NCBI GenBank assembly: GCA_965655095.1
Contig: OZ296656.1
Span: 15,624,001 to 15,688,000, forward strand
Length of the DNA: 64,000 nucleotides
Reading direction: 5' to 3'
Origin: Haplodiscus bocki
Lineage: Eukaryota
This document shows, one piece after another, positions 46,851 to 60,701 of this stretch. The stretch's first letter is position 1. Every line of letters begins with the position of its first letter. The notes under the pieces were generated by a model that was not told where the DNA came from, made no database searches, and saw nothing but the letters and a program-made list of their open reading frames with translations. Position numbers and translations under genes: made by a program.

Positions 46851-49800
46851 ACAGTTCTAACGAATGATGATGGTTAAAACCATCAGTTTTCCCTGGAATT
46901 TAAAATTCGGAGGAAAACTAAGAAAGAGGTCACGTCAGTTCTTTGGCGAAAACTCCAGGTATTGGGTAGTTCAATAAACGCTGGTAAGATGCAGTCGAAC
47001 CAATGGTCAACAACGTATTGAACACACAACGCAGGTCAAAAGTTTATTGACTCTCCTTTCGTGGTTTAATTTTTTTCGCCATGAATTTGCAAAACAAATG
47101 ATACACGCTGCTCCTCAGAACCTCTCGTGTGCGAGTATTCAAATTCGCTCCAGATGAATGCGGTCGAATTTTTTAGGTTTGCTGTCATTATTTTGAAGAA
47201 AAAAAACTTCATAAATCTTGAAAATTGTGATGTAAATGTTTTGTACTTTTCCTTTTTTTCCTCACTGCACCATGTAAAATGATTCTGCTGACAAACAAAA
47301 GCGCTGAAGAATAGGCCACTTGAATAACTATTCGCAACAATGGGAGTGCTCCAAAACAATATCTGTAGTCCGGCGTAAGCAATGATTCTAAGAATATTTC
47401 ACATCAATTGCGAGTTTGTACTGGATGGGAAGAAGACAAATTCAACCGTAAAACACGCTTCTGCCACTTTTCCGATCCGTTCACAACTGCCATTTCTTAC
47501 GAGATCATATTCATGCCCTCTCGCTCTGTTGCAAAAGTTTGTTCCTACACTCTCGCTTTGTTGCAAAAATTCGTTCACGCAGCCTGTTTTCGAGTGGGCG
47601 CGCTTGCCGGCAAACTATTTTGGCTAGCGTTTTTCTGTAGGTAAATATGTATGAATTAATTTATCTTCATGAATCTATTATTTAGTTCGATCACCAGGGA
47701 GTTGGCTCCTCCAACAATCAGTTATTTTTGTTTGAATCTATGTTGGCGCAAGTGTGGCGAAGCACAGCGTCACCTTTGCGTGGAAAAATCACGAATAATC
47801 AAGCTCGGAACGATGAAGTGCGTTGCCTAAGTTTCGAAATATGTAATAGAGATCTTGAAAATTTTGAGACGCTTATATGAAAATTTGGTCCCTTGGAAAT
47901 TCATGTTATAAGCACAAAATGGTATCACGATTATATATGGTGTTCGGAAACTTTCGCTAAATTTTGTTTCAGGCAGGGTAGTGCCGAAAAATTTGAATCT
48001 CCTTTGCTTAAAATTATATTTGCAAATGCGATATCGCGTACCTTTCATTGTCCTACGCTCTAGACCACCGATCTGATTCTAAGAATTTTATTTGGAATTT
48101 GGACCCTTTCAGGAGTGAAAAATCGAGTGACTGTAATAGTCACTAAGTAAAGCACCGACTGAAAATGCTATGATAATGTATAACATTGGAAGTATTTTTT
48201 GGAAAATGATGTTTTTGTCTCTGTAAATCATGTATATGGGCGAAACAATTTGGCAAAGGTGGAGCCGGAGTAAAAGAAGATGAACGGTTTGCTACAAAAA
48301 GAACTTTTGAAATTTGAATTGAATAGTTTGGGTCTTGGAATTGAAAGATGTTGTCATCATTGAAGAAAGAGTAATGCATGAATGGACGTGGTATTTGTCC
48401 TTTTACCCCACTTTACTCAGTGACATTACCTGACCTAATTTGACCTGACCTCCATGTTCCTGTTCCCATGTGTTCTTGTGGTGACCTCCTCCTGCCCTGT
48501 TCGGAACGAGGCTTTAACTCGGCGCTACCTCAATGTAGATCTAGTTCTGTTCTATCATATACTGTATACATACGCATACATACATTATCTTCCACTATTA
48601 CCCACGTGTTCAAGAGAGAATTAAGTGTTTAACCATCACATCCTATCTAATACCTGTCACACTTTTGAGTAGTCGGTTACGTAGAAAAAGTTGACTCTTG
48701 TAGTGACTTTGTTTTTAGCAAAAGTTTTAGTCCTATTGCTTTAAAGCTTCATTTTTCAGGTATTAAGCTGGAGCGTGAGGCCTATAGATTTCACTTTTTT
48801 TCGCAAATCGATTCGTGACAGGTCGGCTGAGCAATAAAGGATTAAAATATTTTTGAGGTGAACTAGTTCTAATGCTTTCCGAGCGTCTTTACTCTCATCA
48901 TTTCTATTGACTTTGCACTTTCAAGCGTTCACTCTTTACTCTTCGCTTGGAAGTATTAGTCAATTCAAATATTCTCTGAAATTTGTCAATTTTATTCACA
49001 TCCTATTTTTTGCTTTTTCGAAATAACCAGTCAATTTTCTGAAATTCCGATTTTTAGGCTATGCTATATTCTTAGCGCTTAATGCCTAGCATCTTTGATA
49101 CCTATGTTTTTCCTTCGCAAAAGGTTGGGAAGTAACAGGACGACTTGGCGATAAAAAAGTGAATGACGGAATGTGTTGAAGTGAGGGAGAATTATGTTTA
49201 GCTGTCAAAGCATAATATTTACTTTTCTATTTGGAGGTTATGTAATTCAATTATGAGGTAATTATTAGGTAATTCAATTATGAGGCTGCATTTTTAGGAG
49301 GCGATCGACTTAGAACCTCTATTATCATCATGCTTTTCATGTTTTTTCTTGTCATGTTTTCAGTTGTCAACTTTCGATTTTCAACCCCAAAATCACCCAT
49401 AGCCGTAAGAAAGTTATTTTAAAGCGCTACCGTACAAAACCCCGTTTTGCAAATTTTGTCTTTTCGCCGTCTAAAATTAACCAAAATCGCTAATTTCCAG
49501 TTCTTTTAACTAACTTTTTGGTTTGCTTTCAGATCAATTTTCTAGCTATTACTCTAATTTAATACGATACAGAGGCACTAACTTAGTTTAATAAGCAAAT
49601 TTCAAAATAATCATTGAGGTTTTTCGGTATTGGAAACGGCTAATTTTTGGACTTGCAGAATGTTCTCTGTTTTGCCTTCTAATTTTGCTTTTTAGCTACA
49701 ATTGAATTGAAAACTCATTCGATGGTACTAATACAGCAAACTCCTTTGAAAAATAAGGCAGGTTTTTTTGTATTTTGGTGGGCGAAAATAGCTAGTTTTG

Positions 49801-51823
49801 CAGTTTTTCCAAACCATTTGTTGCTTTACCTTTTCAATCATCTTTGTGACTACGCATCGAGCTTAATTAGATACCAGGTAATAAAAGTTTGATGGATTAC
49901 CGAAAATTTTGAAAATTAAATGGTACTTCTGTTGCTTCAAAAGCCAAAATTAGCGATTTTTCGAGATTTCGTTCTGCCTGGCAACTCAACTTCTTATCTG
50001 CAAATGCATCAAATACAATTAGAGACGTGAACCACTGCTCCGAAGAAGTTCGTGAAGCTTCATTATTGACAAAAAAATGACTTCTTAAGCGATGAGTGAG
50101 CCTCTTTGCGCCGTAAGTTGCCTATGTTTTGAAATCTCCGCCATTATGATTAAATAACCCAAATACAGCAGACAAATAAATTAATTGTGTAAATACTGGA
50201 AGAGAATTTTCTCGACTTTCCAAAAATTCGTAAGTAAAAGAGAGCGACATGGCAGATGGTGAAATTTTTCGGCACTGTGAGATTCAATTTTGTCAAAAAA
50301 ATAATGCGATGGCCCTTCTATGGTTATCTAAATTTTCGCGACCGAGTGATGGGCAGCGCAGAAGTTGGGCTGTGCTCAGTTTGTTTGCGATTTTACGTTT
50401 AGCTGTTCAAATCAAGAATGTCTAAACCGTAATATTGAAAGTTTCACTCGTGCGTTCTTGGCAATTCCACAACTTTAGTGTGCAATTATAAAATTTCGAT
50501 TTTACCAAAAGTTAGCGCTTGGAATGAGATGCATCAAAAACTGCAGCATTTCATGAAAATGCTTTTCTAAAGAAAAAATTGAGGTTTTCTGAAAAATTGC
50601 GCTTGTTTGAATTTTGGATAATTTTCTCTGCAATCTTCTGACAATTCTAGCTTATTTTTGAACACCTACGTATCAGTTCCAAAATTATTGACAATTTTAT
50701 GCACAACATTGACAGCCGTACGTCATGTTCCGTGTTTTACACACCCTGCTTGTTTGTCTCAAATTAATAGCGTTTGATCAAAGCTGTTATTGTTTTACCT
50801 AACTTGGTGACAGCGAGTGAAAGGAGTATACTGGCAATAGATAACAACACAGCTGAAGAGATCTAAAGAGGCTAATAGCATAACAACGATTTGTGAAAAT
50901 AGTAAACACAGATTGAGAACAAAGGCAAGAGCTGCAATCGGCGGTTGGTATCGATAGAATCGGATCGATTGATGTTGAGTACAAAGAGATGTTAGCAAAT
51001 GAATTCACTTCAAACACGGCGTTTCCTCCATTTACTTGGACAACTGCTTTGATGCGACTCCGTCGCTCTAGATCTTGAAATCAATCAAATTAGCGTAGGG
51101 TGTATTACTTACTTAACTGAAGACAGACTAATTCGAACCGCTCTGGTAGTGAGTCACAAAATAATAACTTAATGTCCATGGTCTATTGTCAGAACATGAT
51201 CCAAATACTAAAGTCATTAATTGATGCGACTAAGCAATTTTGGTACGCTTTACAATATCCTAAGTGGAGTAATGAATAATAGATCCAAGTAAACAAAGGT
51301 ACTCTGGGAAAGCCCCTTGAAAGCCCAACCGGAAGGTTAATTTAATTGCCAAACTACTTCTCCAAGAGATGGAAATTTGCGTCTCAAAGTTGAGTGAATG
51401 AACTATGAGAGCATTGCGATTATTGAATTAACTTTGGCAGTTTTCGATGAAAAAAATCTTGAAGGTGACGCAATATAGCAAGAAACAAATTCCATCTTTT
51501 GTTAGTTTCAGTTATTCCCCTGAGCTTTTATCTTTATTGCTTTTTTCACAGCTATGAATTTTCAGAAGAAATTGCAAAAACTAAAAGTATAAATTTAACA
51601 TCTTATTTTAATTGATTTTCAAACATAGCAGATTCAAGAGGGATTTTGGAAAAAATTTTGAAAAATTTTCCGCTGTCAGATAATACCAGCTGTCACAGAA
51701 ACACCAGGAGCATCTATTGACCAAATGAAATTACATAATTATATTTATAAAGATGAGAAATTTTCAAAAAATTGAAAACTTTGGCTACAATGTATTTTCT
51801 GGTTTTTGCACTACTCGTAGGAA

Positions 51824-54800
51824 TGTCATACAATGAACTGGGTTAACCAGGGTAAGCAATCCTACCGAAACAGGAGAATCATAGAAAATTAATTTTGGAA
51901 ACTTTGAATGTATATTGTTCGGATCATTGCAATTCAGAATAACGGAGAAAACTCATATACTACATTTAGCTGTTAGAAACACAATTGTTTATCCATTTCG
52001 TTAGAACAGAAATTGGCAGTCAGCAAGATTTTTTATGACCAACTTTGTCCGAAAAAAAAACCGAGAATTTAACGAACACGCCGAGTTAATTATCACACCG
52101 AAAAATGACTACAGACTGAATACAAATACGATGTATGGACAAGTAAGGAATAGCTGGGAACAGAATTTACTGACAATGGTTAGTACTGACAATGGTTAAA
52201 ACGATCGAAACAATCTACTAAAATAAAATACAATATAGATATTGGATCACTAATCAAAGAAGAAACTGGCGAAACTAAATGGAATACAGAGGAAGAAAAG
52301 ACAAGGTTTTTTGGGCACTGGGACCCAAAGCAACACATCAAAAAACACGATCCGAAGAACGAATGGAATTGGACAAATTTAAAATCAATAAACTAATCAA
52401 ACTTCATAACATAATGCTTGCCGAAAAAAAATATCACTCACGAAGAGACTTATTCGGGGCGAAACAAACAGACACCGAAACACCGGAAAACCATTGGAAG
52501 AAGATAATTGAACTGATAAAAATTTGATTTTCCGGATTTTAGCAGCAAGTTAATTTCATCAAAATTTATAACGTCAATCTCCGACAAGATTTTATGGGGG
52601 AAACTGTTGAAAGAAAGAGATCTAGACAAGCCGAAAGTAGTCAAACAAACACATACGACAAAAAGAACAATACAAAAAAAAACGTAGAGAAAAAAAGGGA
52701 ACAAGACCAAAAAAAACCAAAACAACAAAATTGCAGAAGTTGCAGTGGACCAATTTGGTACCTCAACCACAAATGCCCAACTCCAGCATCAACATGTGAT
52801 AACTGTTAAGAAAAAGGGCACTTTGCGAAAGTCTGCAGACTTGAACACCGAAGTCAACAAGGAATTAAAGAAATTACGGAACCCGAAGAGACCGAGGAAA
52901 GCGATACCAACGAAACAGTAATTATAATAACCGAAATAAATTACCTAACTGGCCAAAGAACGCCTATTAAAACCTTGACAATAAGAAGTGACGAAAGAAA
53001 AAGAGTGTTTCATGGATACCGGATCACCGGTTACAACAAAACCACCGGATAAAGAACTAACAAAGGACGAGAGAATAAAACCGAGAACCAAAAAACAATA
53101 ACAAGTTAGGAAGAATGAAGCGAAATTCCTTGGAAACTTTTTGTAGAAGCGGAGAACAGAAGAATTAGAATGAATTCGGCTGTGATTATTACCGAGCGGG
53201 AAGACAAAAAAATCGTTGCTCGGTATGGATTGGATACGAGATTTTAGATGGACCTTACAAATATTTGAAAGTACGACAAAAACAACTGACCAATCAGAGA
53301 AGGTTAGAATAATAACAAATTTTGAAAAGTTGTTCAAATTGAACCGAACGATAAAAGAAACCGAGATTAAAATACACCTGAAACCGGGCCACCCAACAAT
53401 AAAACAGAAAACCGGACCCAAACCGTACCATCTACAGAGCCATATTGAAAAAGAAATAAACTAATCAAATCCGGACAACTAGGAGGAAAACAAAACGCAA
53501 GAGAAGACTTTCGTATCTCCGACAGCAAAAAACCGTGAAAAAAAGATTAACAAAACTGCATTGGACACGAGAAAGTTAAATGCTAGCTGTAAGAAAATGA
53601 TTCCGCAGATGCCAAAAATGGAAAAATTACTGAATCAAAGATCCACCGAAACAACAAGAGTACAGAACGAACCAAATTGGATATCAAAAGTGCATTTCCA
53701 GTACGTGTATGGCCAATTAGAACTATCCCAAGAAACAAGTAGACAATATAAGTATGCAAAAACCGGAAGGAATATGAATGGATTTTACAAATTCAAAAAA
53801 TTTACGGTCCTTTCGACATCTCGACAAAATTCCAAAAAAAATAGACCAAACATTGAAATATCAAAGACCCGTGTGGCTGGATGATATAATAAGAGTAACA
53901 AGTGTGGATACAGAAACACCGAGAAAAAAAATCATTTCTTGGGAAACTCCAGGAAGCCGGATATAGAGCGGGCGAAAACAATCCGATTTTTTTCTCTGGG
54001 AAAAGTGATTGGGGCACGAAATAAATCAAAAAAGAATCAAAGCAACTAAAGAAAGGAAAAAGGCTCATTTACAATTGAAATCCCCGACATCCAATAAAGA
54101 ATTGAAATCTTTCATCCGAGCAATACAATAAATTACCGACTTTCGAGCCATAATTCTGGGAAAAAAATTGTAACAGAAAAACCTAGTCCCGCACTTTTTG
54201 GTAGAGACCCAGATAACATAGTATAGTAAAATGCAATGCGAGTAGAACCGGACTGGGAATAACTCTATGGCAAAAAAATGGCAAAAACAACGACAAAACA
54301 AACCGACCAATAGTTTTCCGCAGCAGATGTCTGAATGATGGTGAGAAGAACAAATCGATCGGAGAACTGGAAAAATTAGCAGTATTTTGGGGACATGAGA
54401 AATTTCGTTTTTATCTATACGGTAAAGTATATCTATACACCGACTACCAAGCTTTCGAAGCGAAAATTTAATTAATCCGAGGTTACCGACGAAAGGGCGG
54501 GCGATTAACAGAAGGACTAGATGGATAAGCACACTCCAATTTCTTGAAATTAATTATGGCCCGAAAAGAACCGAAACTCACGGACTATTCAAGTAGAAAT
54601 CCAACAGAAGAAGCATCCACCGAGAAAAAATACGAAGAAGAATATGTCATCAATACGCTCTCAGAACTTTTAAAAGTAAACCACAAATACGACAGCTGTT
54701 AACCACGGACCAAGAAACTCTATCAACCGACCAATCAACGAACAGGGCTTCAAAAGCGAACCGAGAACTGACCAACAAAACTGCTTCACCGAAGAAATTC

Positions 54801-57385
54801 ACTCTGGACTCTGAATCAGAAACTTTCATCTGCGAACGAACACAAGCAATCAAATTATTTAGTTGGAGCGCGATTATCTTTGACAAAACTAACAATTTTG
54901 ATTTTACAGAATTGAAAACGGAGAAGAAATTGAAATACGAATACCGTCATTGGTGAGCAAACAAGAAAAATAAGGACATAATCAACAAGAGAGACAAACA
55001 TGTCGGAACTCTTCGGTCGGTGGAAAAACGACAGGAGATTGGAAAACCTTAAACCTTCGGTTCAATTCGACAGTAATTTGAATCAAAAAGTATGGTCCCT
55101 AGAAGGCCGGACAAGAGAAGGAGAGACTGGGATGCGTCAATTGATCTCGAACTACTACTCAGAAACAATGAAAAAAACCAATGGGGTGAGGGACATTTTG
55201 AATTCAATAAACCAAAAGCAAGCACGAGCACGGGAAGGAGCAGGCAAAAGCCCGAGATTGTGCCAAGCACCGAGGAAAGCAACGTGGTGCGGCCCCAGGC
55301 AAACATCACTAATTTAGATTCAAGAGTATGACGTCCCCGAGAAAACAAAACATTTTATTCAAGTGACCCACGTTATCGAAAACCCAAAGACAAAAAACCT
55401 GAGGTGGAAGAAAACTTCAGAAGAGGCCAATTCAACTCCATGGTCGACTTAGAACTTCATTCCACAGAACTTCCGTTCATCCAGAACTGTTACATTTGAA
55501 GATAAGCTTGCCAAGTATTCAAAAGGAACAAAGAAGTTTCTCCGATTTTCAGCCAACTTACAGAACAGTTCAGTTCGGTTTATTAATTACAGGAGACAAA
55601 ATTTCTATCCCACAAGAACTGATGAAACAAGTGGTGGAAACATTGAACTTCAGACATCCCGGCATGACGAAAATGCTGACCGAGAGCAACATATTCTGGT
55701 GGTCCGGGATAAAGAAAGACATCGAGAATAAATGCAGCACATACACTGAGTGCATGAGATCCGATAAGAATTTAAAGTACCCATTCCCGTCGACGGAAAA
55801 AATCAAACTGACCCAACCTGGACAAGAAATACAAATTGATTTTTTCGGTGAACTAAATTTTAAACAGGCGAACCATACAACCTTATCGGAATTGACCGAT
55901 ATATCAAATGGCTCGTAGTTCGGATTTGTTAATCAGCCGAAGTGAAAGAAATCTTCAAGTTTCTGGAACGTTTCATCAATTACTCGGAGTCCAGGAGAAA
56001 CTAAAATCAGACTGGGGTACTGGTTTCATATCCAAACATTAAAACAGGTTTTGTAAATACAAAAACATCGAATTAGCCAATAATCCACCGAGGTTACACA
56101 CCGGCACGGGGCTGATTGAGCATCTAAAACAAACGTCAAAATTTTCGATTGTTGCCACGTTAGAAGATAAGATCAGTTTCACCGAAGGTATCAACTGGGC
56201 TTTGAGAGTAATGCGACTAACCATACACACCGGACTCAAAGTGAGCCTGTTTGAACTACATAGAAAACTGAGAACCGAACTGACTGACATATTCAAAGGT
56301 AATAGGAGCTATCTGTCCGACTTGAAACGTGAAACGTTTCAATACCGTCGAAGCAGACCCACTTTGTGTTGCATTCAACGCAAAAAGAGAGGTGACGGAG
56401 CATATGATCATGGCAAGGAACATTTCCTTGTTGCTCTTCCCATAAGTCAGCGAACAGGAGGCTGGTAAAGCCGGTTAGTGAAAACTTCCAATATGCGTGT
56501 ATATTTTTAGAGGAAAGTCAGAAAAACACGTTGGAAGGAAAGTATAAGGAAAAACGAAAAATTGCCATTCACGGTACCCAACACACGGTTCGTACAGCAG
56601 ACAAAAGAATTTTACAGCGGAAACTATTTTTAACACCGCTTAACTTTCAGAGAACACCAAATAAGGATAAGTTACCGAAAAAACATCAGTGGAGAGGGCG
56701 CAGCGGAAAATACGCGAGCGTTTCGAAAAAAGCACGAAAAATGGAGGAGTGAGTAATTTCCGAATGAAAACCGAAGGTCCGGAAAGTAGAAATGGACAAA
56801 GAGGACAGTGACTTTGAATGTTACGGCGAGTCCGACGGTAGGCCAGTGCATGTCGATGCCGATAAGGAAGTCACCAAAGAAACGCGACACTTGCACTATT
56901 ACAGATCGGGAAAGACGAAAATAACCATAATGGTGATACGAGGGACGGGAATGAGAATTTTAGTGTACGCGGGTCTAATTTCATACTTAAGCCACCGGAA
57001 CTTTTTGGTGGTGTGCCATATTTATGAATTCAAAATAACGTTTAATCCATTTGCAGTACCAACCCAGAAAGAACCACCTAAACTGAGAGGGATGACTTTG
57101 CACGAAATTGATTCGGTCTACGACCCGAACGAAAACAACTAACGGACAAAAGGAGGGGAGTGTCATACGGTTAGCGCCGTTGAGCCGGTTATGCAACCGT
57201 ACAGAAATAGAAGAATTGTAGAGAATTGATTTTAGAAACTTGTTTGTATGTATATTGTTAAACCACAAATTGCTTTTTTGTTCCGTACATTGCAGTTCAG
57301 AATTCAGAATGCCGAGGAAATATCATGTAGTACATTTAACTATTATAAATACATTTGTTTTTCTCTTTTTTGTTCGAACAGAACA
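51824..57385 (+). mobile_element. Old decayed Ty3/Gypsy LTR retrotransposon
   Basis: Short diverged LTRs (~51824-52010 and 57161-57385, both starting TGTCATAC), PBS-like TGGCAGTC and PPT AAAAGGAGGGGAG. Interior in order: gag knuckle CDNC*EKGHFAKVC, protease MDTGSP, RT DTRKLN / WLDDII, integrase HPGMTKM..WWSGI..C, QIDF, SDWG. Many frameshifts. Confidence 0.88.
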
Positions 57386-58369
57386 AAGAAATGTTTCTGA
57401 CTAACCCCAATATAATCTTCTGAAAATTCTAAGATTTTGTTGTTTCTAGTACTTTCGTTCAAAATGTTTATTTTCAAACTTATACGTCCATAAAATTGAC
57501 TTGTGCACCAAAGTTGTCGCATTAACCTAAATCATGATTGTTTTTACTAACCCAGTAAAGTAACAGTCTGTCTAATTTTACTGGGAGTCATTTTTCCAGT
57601 CCAATTTTTCCATTTATCACTTTTGAAAAAACTAGTAAAAGAGAATAATCTCACAATTTGATTTAGATCAACTTCACGATCCCCCTCCTCCAAAATGTAG
57701 CGAGGTGGAGATAATGCACTAGATTAGGTTGTCGTAGTCGTATTAAATTTCATCTCGATTGTGATGCAGGTTGGGGGGGGGGGGGGTTGAATATGGAGTA
57801 GGTGCATGTGCAGCACGGAGATTGTGAATTTCATCTTTAAACCTTTTTTTGGTGTTTTTTTGAAAATCAGTCAGGCCACTTTTTGAGAAGTTCTAATTGC
57901 CTTAGTTAAACATGCATTTCACCATTTTTTTGAAGTTTGGTCAAAACTTCCAGAATTCATGGAAATATTGAGAGAGCTTTGTAGGTGCTTTTTTGTAGCT
58001 TTCGATCTCCGAAACGTCTGGCTTTTGGCTTTATCAGAAAAATTCATGAGTGGCGGTGGAACAAAAATTCGACTGACAACCGATTCCCATGTTTTCAGAT
58101 AGGGTATAGCCAAAAATTTTAGTTTAAGTTGTTTGTAGTGTTTCAGAGAAAATCATGTTTGAGATGTCCATACCGAAAAATTGTACCAAAAACTTTTTCG
58201 TTATTTTTCATGGATCATAAGTTTAAAACTCTGAGAATTTTTAATTTTATAGATTTTTCTCCAAAGTTTTGGATTGTACAGGAAAGTTAAACTTGATTAT
58301 TGACTATAACTGAAATTGGACCGGCGGTTATTTTTTCGGGGTTGTTTAAATAATACTCCGACATTTACT

Positions 58370-60701
58370 TGTCGCGGGTAGAACTTGTGAAAAACCGGAA
58401 GTTTTTGTCCTTATTTCATCAGAGATCGTAATTTACCAAATATCCTTTTTTTGGTTCAGTCACCACAGCGGTGAATGTGAAAGCTGGTTTTAAACAAAAG
58501 CAAGAAAGTCTCAGTAAGCTTACCACTGTGTATTTTAGCTTTTGTGCCTTGCCAATTGCGCGAACAAAAGTGCGTAAGTTCATATGGCAAGGACTTTAGA
58601 GCGGTAAATGGTAGATAGAAAACCAACGGTTGAATTCACAGTTTACGAATTAAATGGTAGCAACAGAACAACTTGACAGCAACAACTGGGCGAAATGAGG
58701 GGCTTGAGCGGTAAAGGGATTGCATCTTGGTACGAGAAATTGGGAACGCTTTACGACTCAAACTCCATTTGCTGCAGGAAACGATATTCAACTTTCGACT
58801 CAAAATCATTTTTTTTAAAAAAAAAATTGTTCCGAATGCAAATTGGAAGTAATATTCAAACGCTTTTTCTTGGAAACTGAATTGAGATCATTCAGCTCGT
58901 TGTGTGACTCGTTTGTCACTTAAATTGAAAAAAAAATTAATTAACCGATCTTGGTAAAACAATCCAAGAATCAAAAACAATTTGCTAACTGATATCTTTT
59001 AGGATATAAACCAAAAACAGTGAATGTATCCTTTATAATCCTTTTTTGTTGAGAAAAATGGTCTGAATTGATCAGGTAAGCAAATTATGAGAATTCCGGC
59101 TACCGAGAACCGTTCAATGTTTACTTTTTCTAGTGCTGTTGATATTTAACTTCAGCTATGTTAATTTCAGCCTCTACCGTAACTATCATCTATTATATAA
59201 TAATTGAAAAGTTTTATCTACACTCAGTAGCTGGCACTAGGCTCACATACCGGTTAACATCTTAGGGCTCCCTTATATTCGTCCGGCGATCAAGATAACA
59301 GGATCAAGCCTCTCTGCGTACGGTAACACATGCATTTTTGCTTTTTAAGAGTTTTAAAAAGGTAGACCCAACACCAATAACCAGTTTTATCTAGGACTTG
59401 GTAAGGTGCATTACGCAGTCTACCGAGAGAGTTCTCTTAGGGTCCGTTTATTCGTCAGCGTTCGAAGTCCGAAGACCAATCAAGCCGGGCAATACGAACA
59501 GGAATGTTAAATGTAATTAATTTTTTTTGGGAAATGAGGTTAGGAAAGGTAATAAAGTTAGGTTAAAGTTATTTAGGTAAATTTAATGGGGTTAAGTTAG
59601 TTAAATTAAAAAGTTGGGTTGAGGTAAGAAACCAGCATCAATTTTTATTTCTGCAGCCTTTACGCTGAACTAAAACGCCTGTACCGCGGTGACGCCGCCA
59701 ACGGGGTTGAGGCTCCAATTTTCTCCTTTTTCCAAGCGAGACAAAAGTCTATCGGATTTCTGGAAGAGCATTTTAGTTGGAAAGGGATGAAATAAATTAT
59801 TCAAAGAAATAATTCGGTCCGGTCCGATCAATTGGTTTATTGAACTCGTTACTAACGGATTTCATTGTTTAAATCAAGGCACAAGTTGAAACTGAATGAG
59901 ATTACTTTTTACAAAAAGGACGTGTTCTGCATATTTGGACCATATATAGGAATTTAGAATGAACTCTAAATTGCCACAGCAGCAGACGAGGTGAGACTTA
60001 GTTTATGTAATCTCTTTTGAGGAACCTCTTGAGGGTTGTGCAGTTTGAGATTCACTCCTGCTTCCGAACCGAAGTTCGTGCGCGGATTCCGCACACGTTA
60101 ATACCGAAGCTGGCGTTAGTAGACACTGTTTAGACTCCAGTGGCAAGAGTATGGAATGGATTAGTGAAGATAGGGTTTTTTCTTCAGTCAGAAAAATAGT
60201 TGGACTTAGAATGTTTTTGTAGAACTGTAGAATTGAATTTTGCTAAGACACTTTTTGATTTTGTCTTAGAATGTTTCTCTGATTCTGTGAATTTGAGACG
60301 AGGTTCTAGATCAAGAATAATTTTGAAGAACAGATGAGAGGTGGTGGCGGCAAAAATTGAGAAATTCAAATTGAGGAGAGACTCTCGTTCGTTAAGCGGG
60401 AAAAACGAGTTTTGTCGTTGACTTGGCGTCAGTGATTTTCAATAACAAAACCATGCTGCCAGTTCATGGTAATAATGAGGGAACGGCATGCACCAAGCAT
60501 GTTGGTAACAACTGGAGCCAGTAGAAAAATGACGAGCCGTGAAAAACTTGGAATTGTTCATAAAATTGGAATTGTGTAATCCCAATTATCAAATTCTATC
60601 ACCAGCTTTTTTCGATATCCTTTGTGCCCTTTGTCCTCTGCCCGTCATCACCTTAAGGGTTAGTTAGTAATTCAGTGTTTAGCATTACTCGTAATGCGAT
60701 A
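58370..60701 (-). mobile_element. Solo LTR (2332 bp) of a third, diverged subfamily of the giant-LTR element
   Basis: Minus-strand termini TATCGCA...CGCGACA; TSD TACT (58366-58369 / 60702-60705). Shares the CCTTGC...GCAAGG block, the hairpin units and array remnants (cttagaatgttt at ~60206 and ~60265). Confidence 0.85.

Noticed and set aside
48419-48661. Possible small solo LTR (gtgaca...tgtcaca)
   Set aside because: No convincing TSD or second copy in the window.
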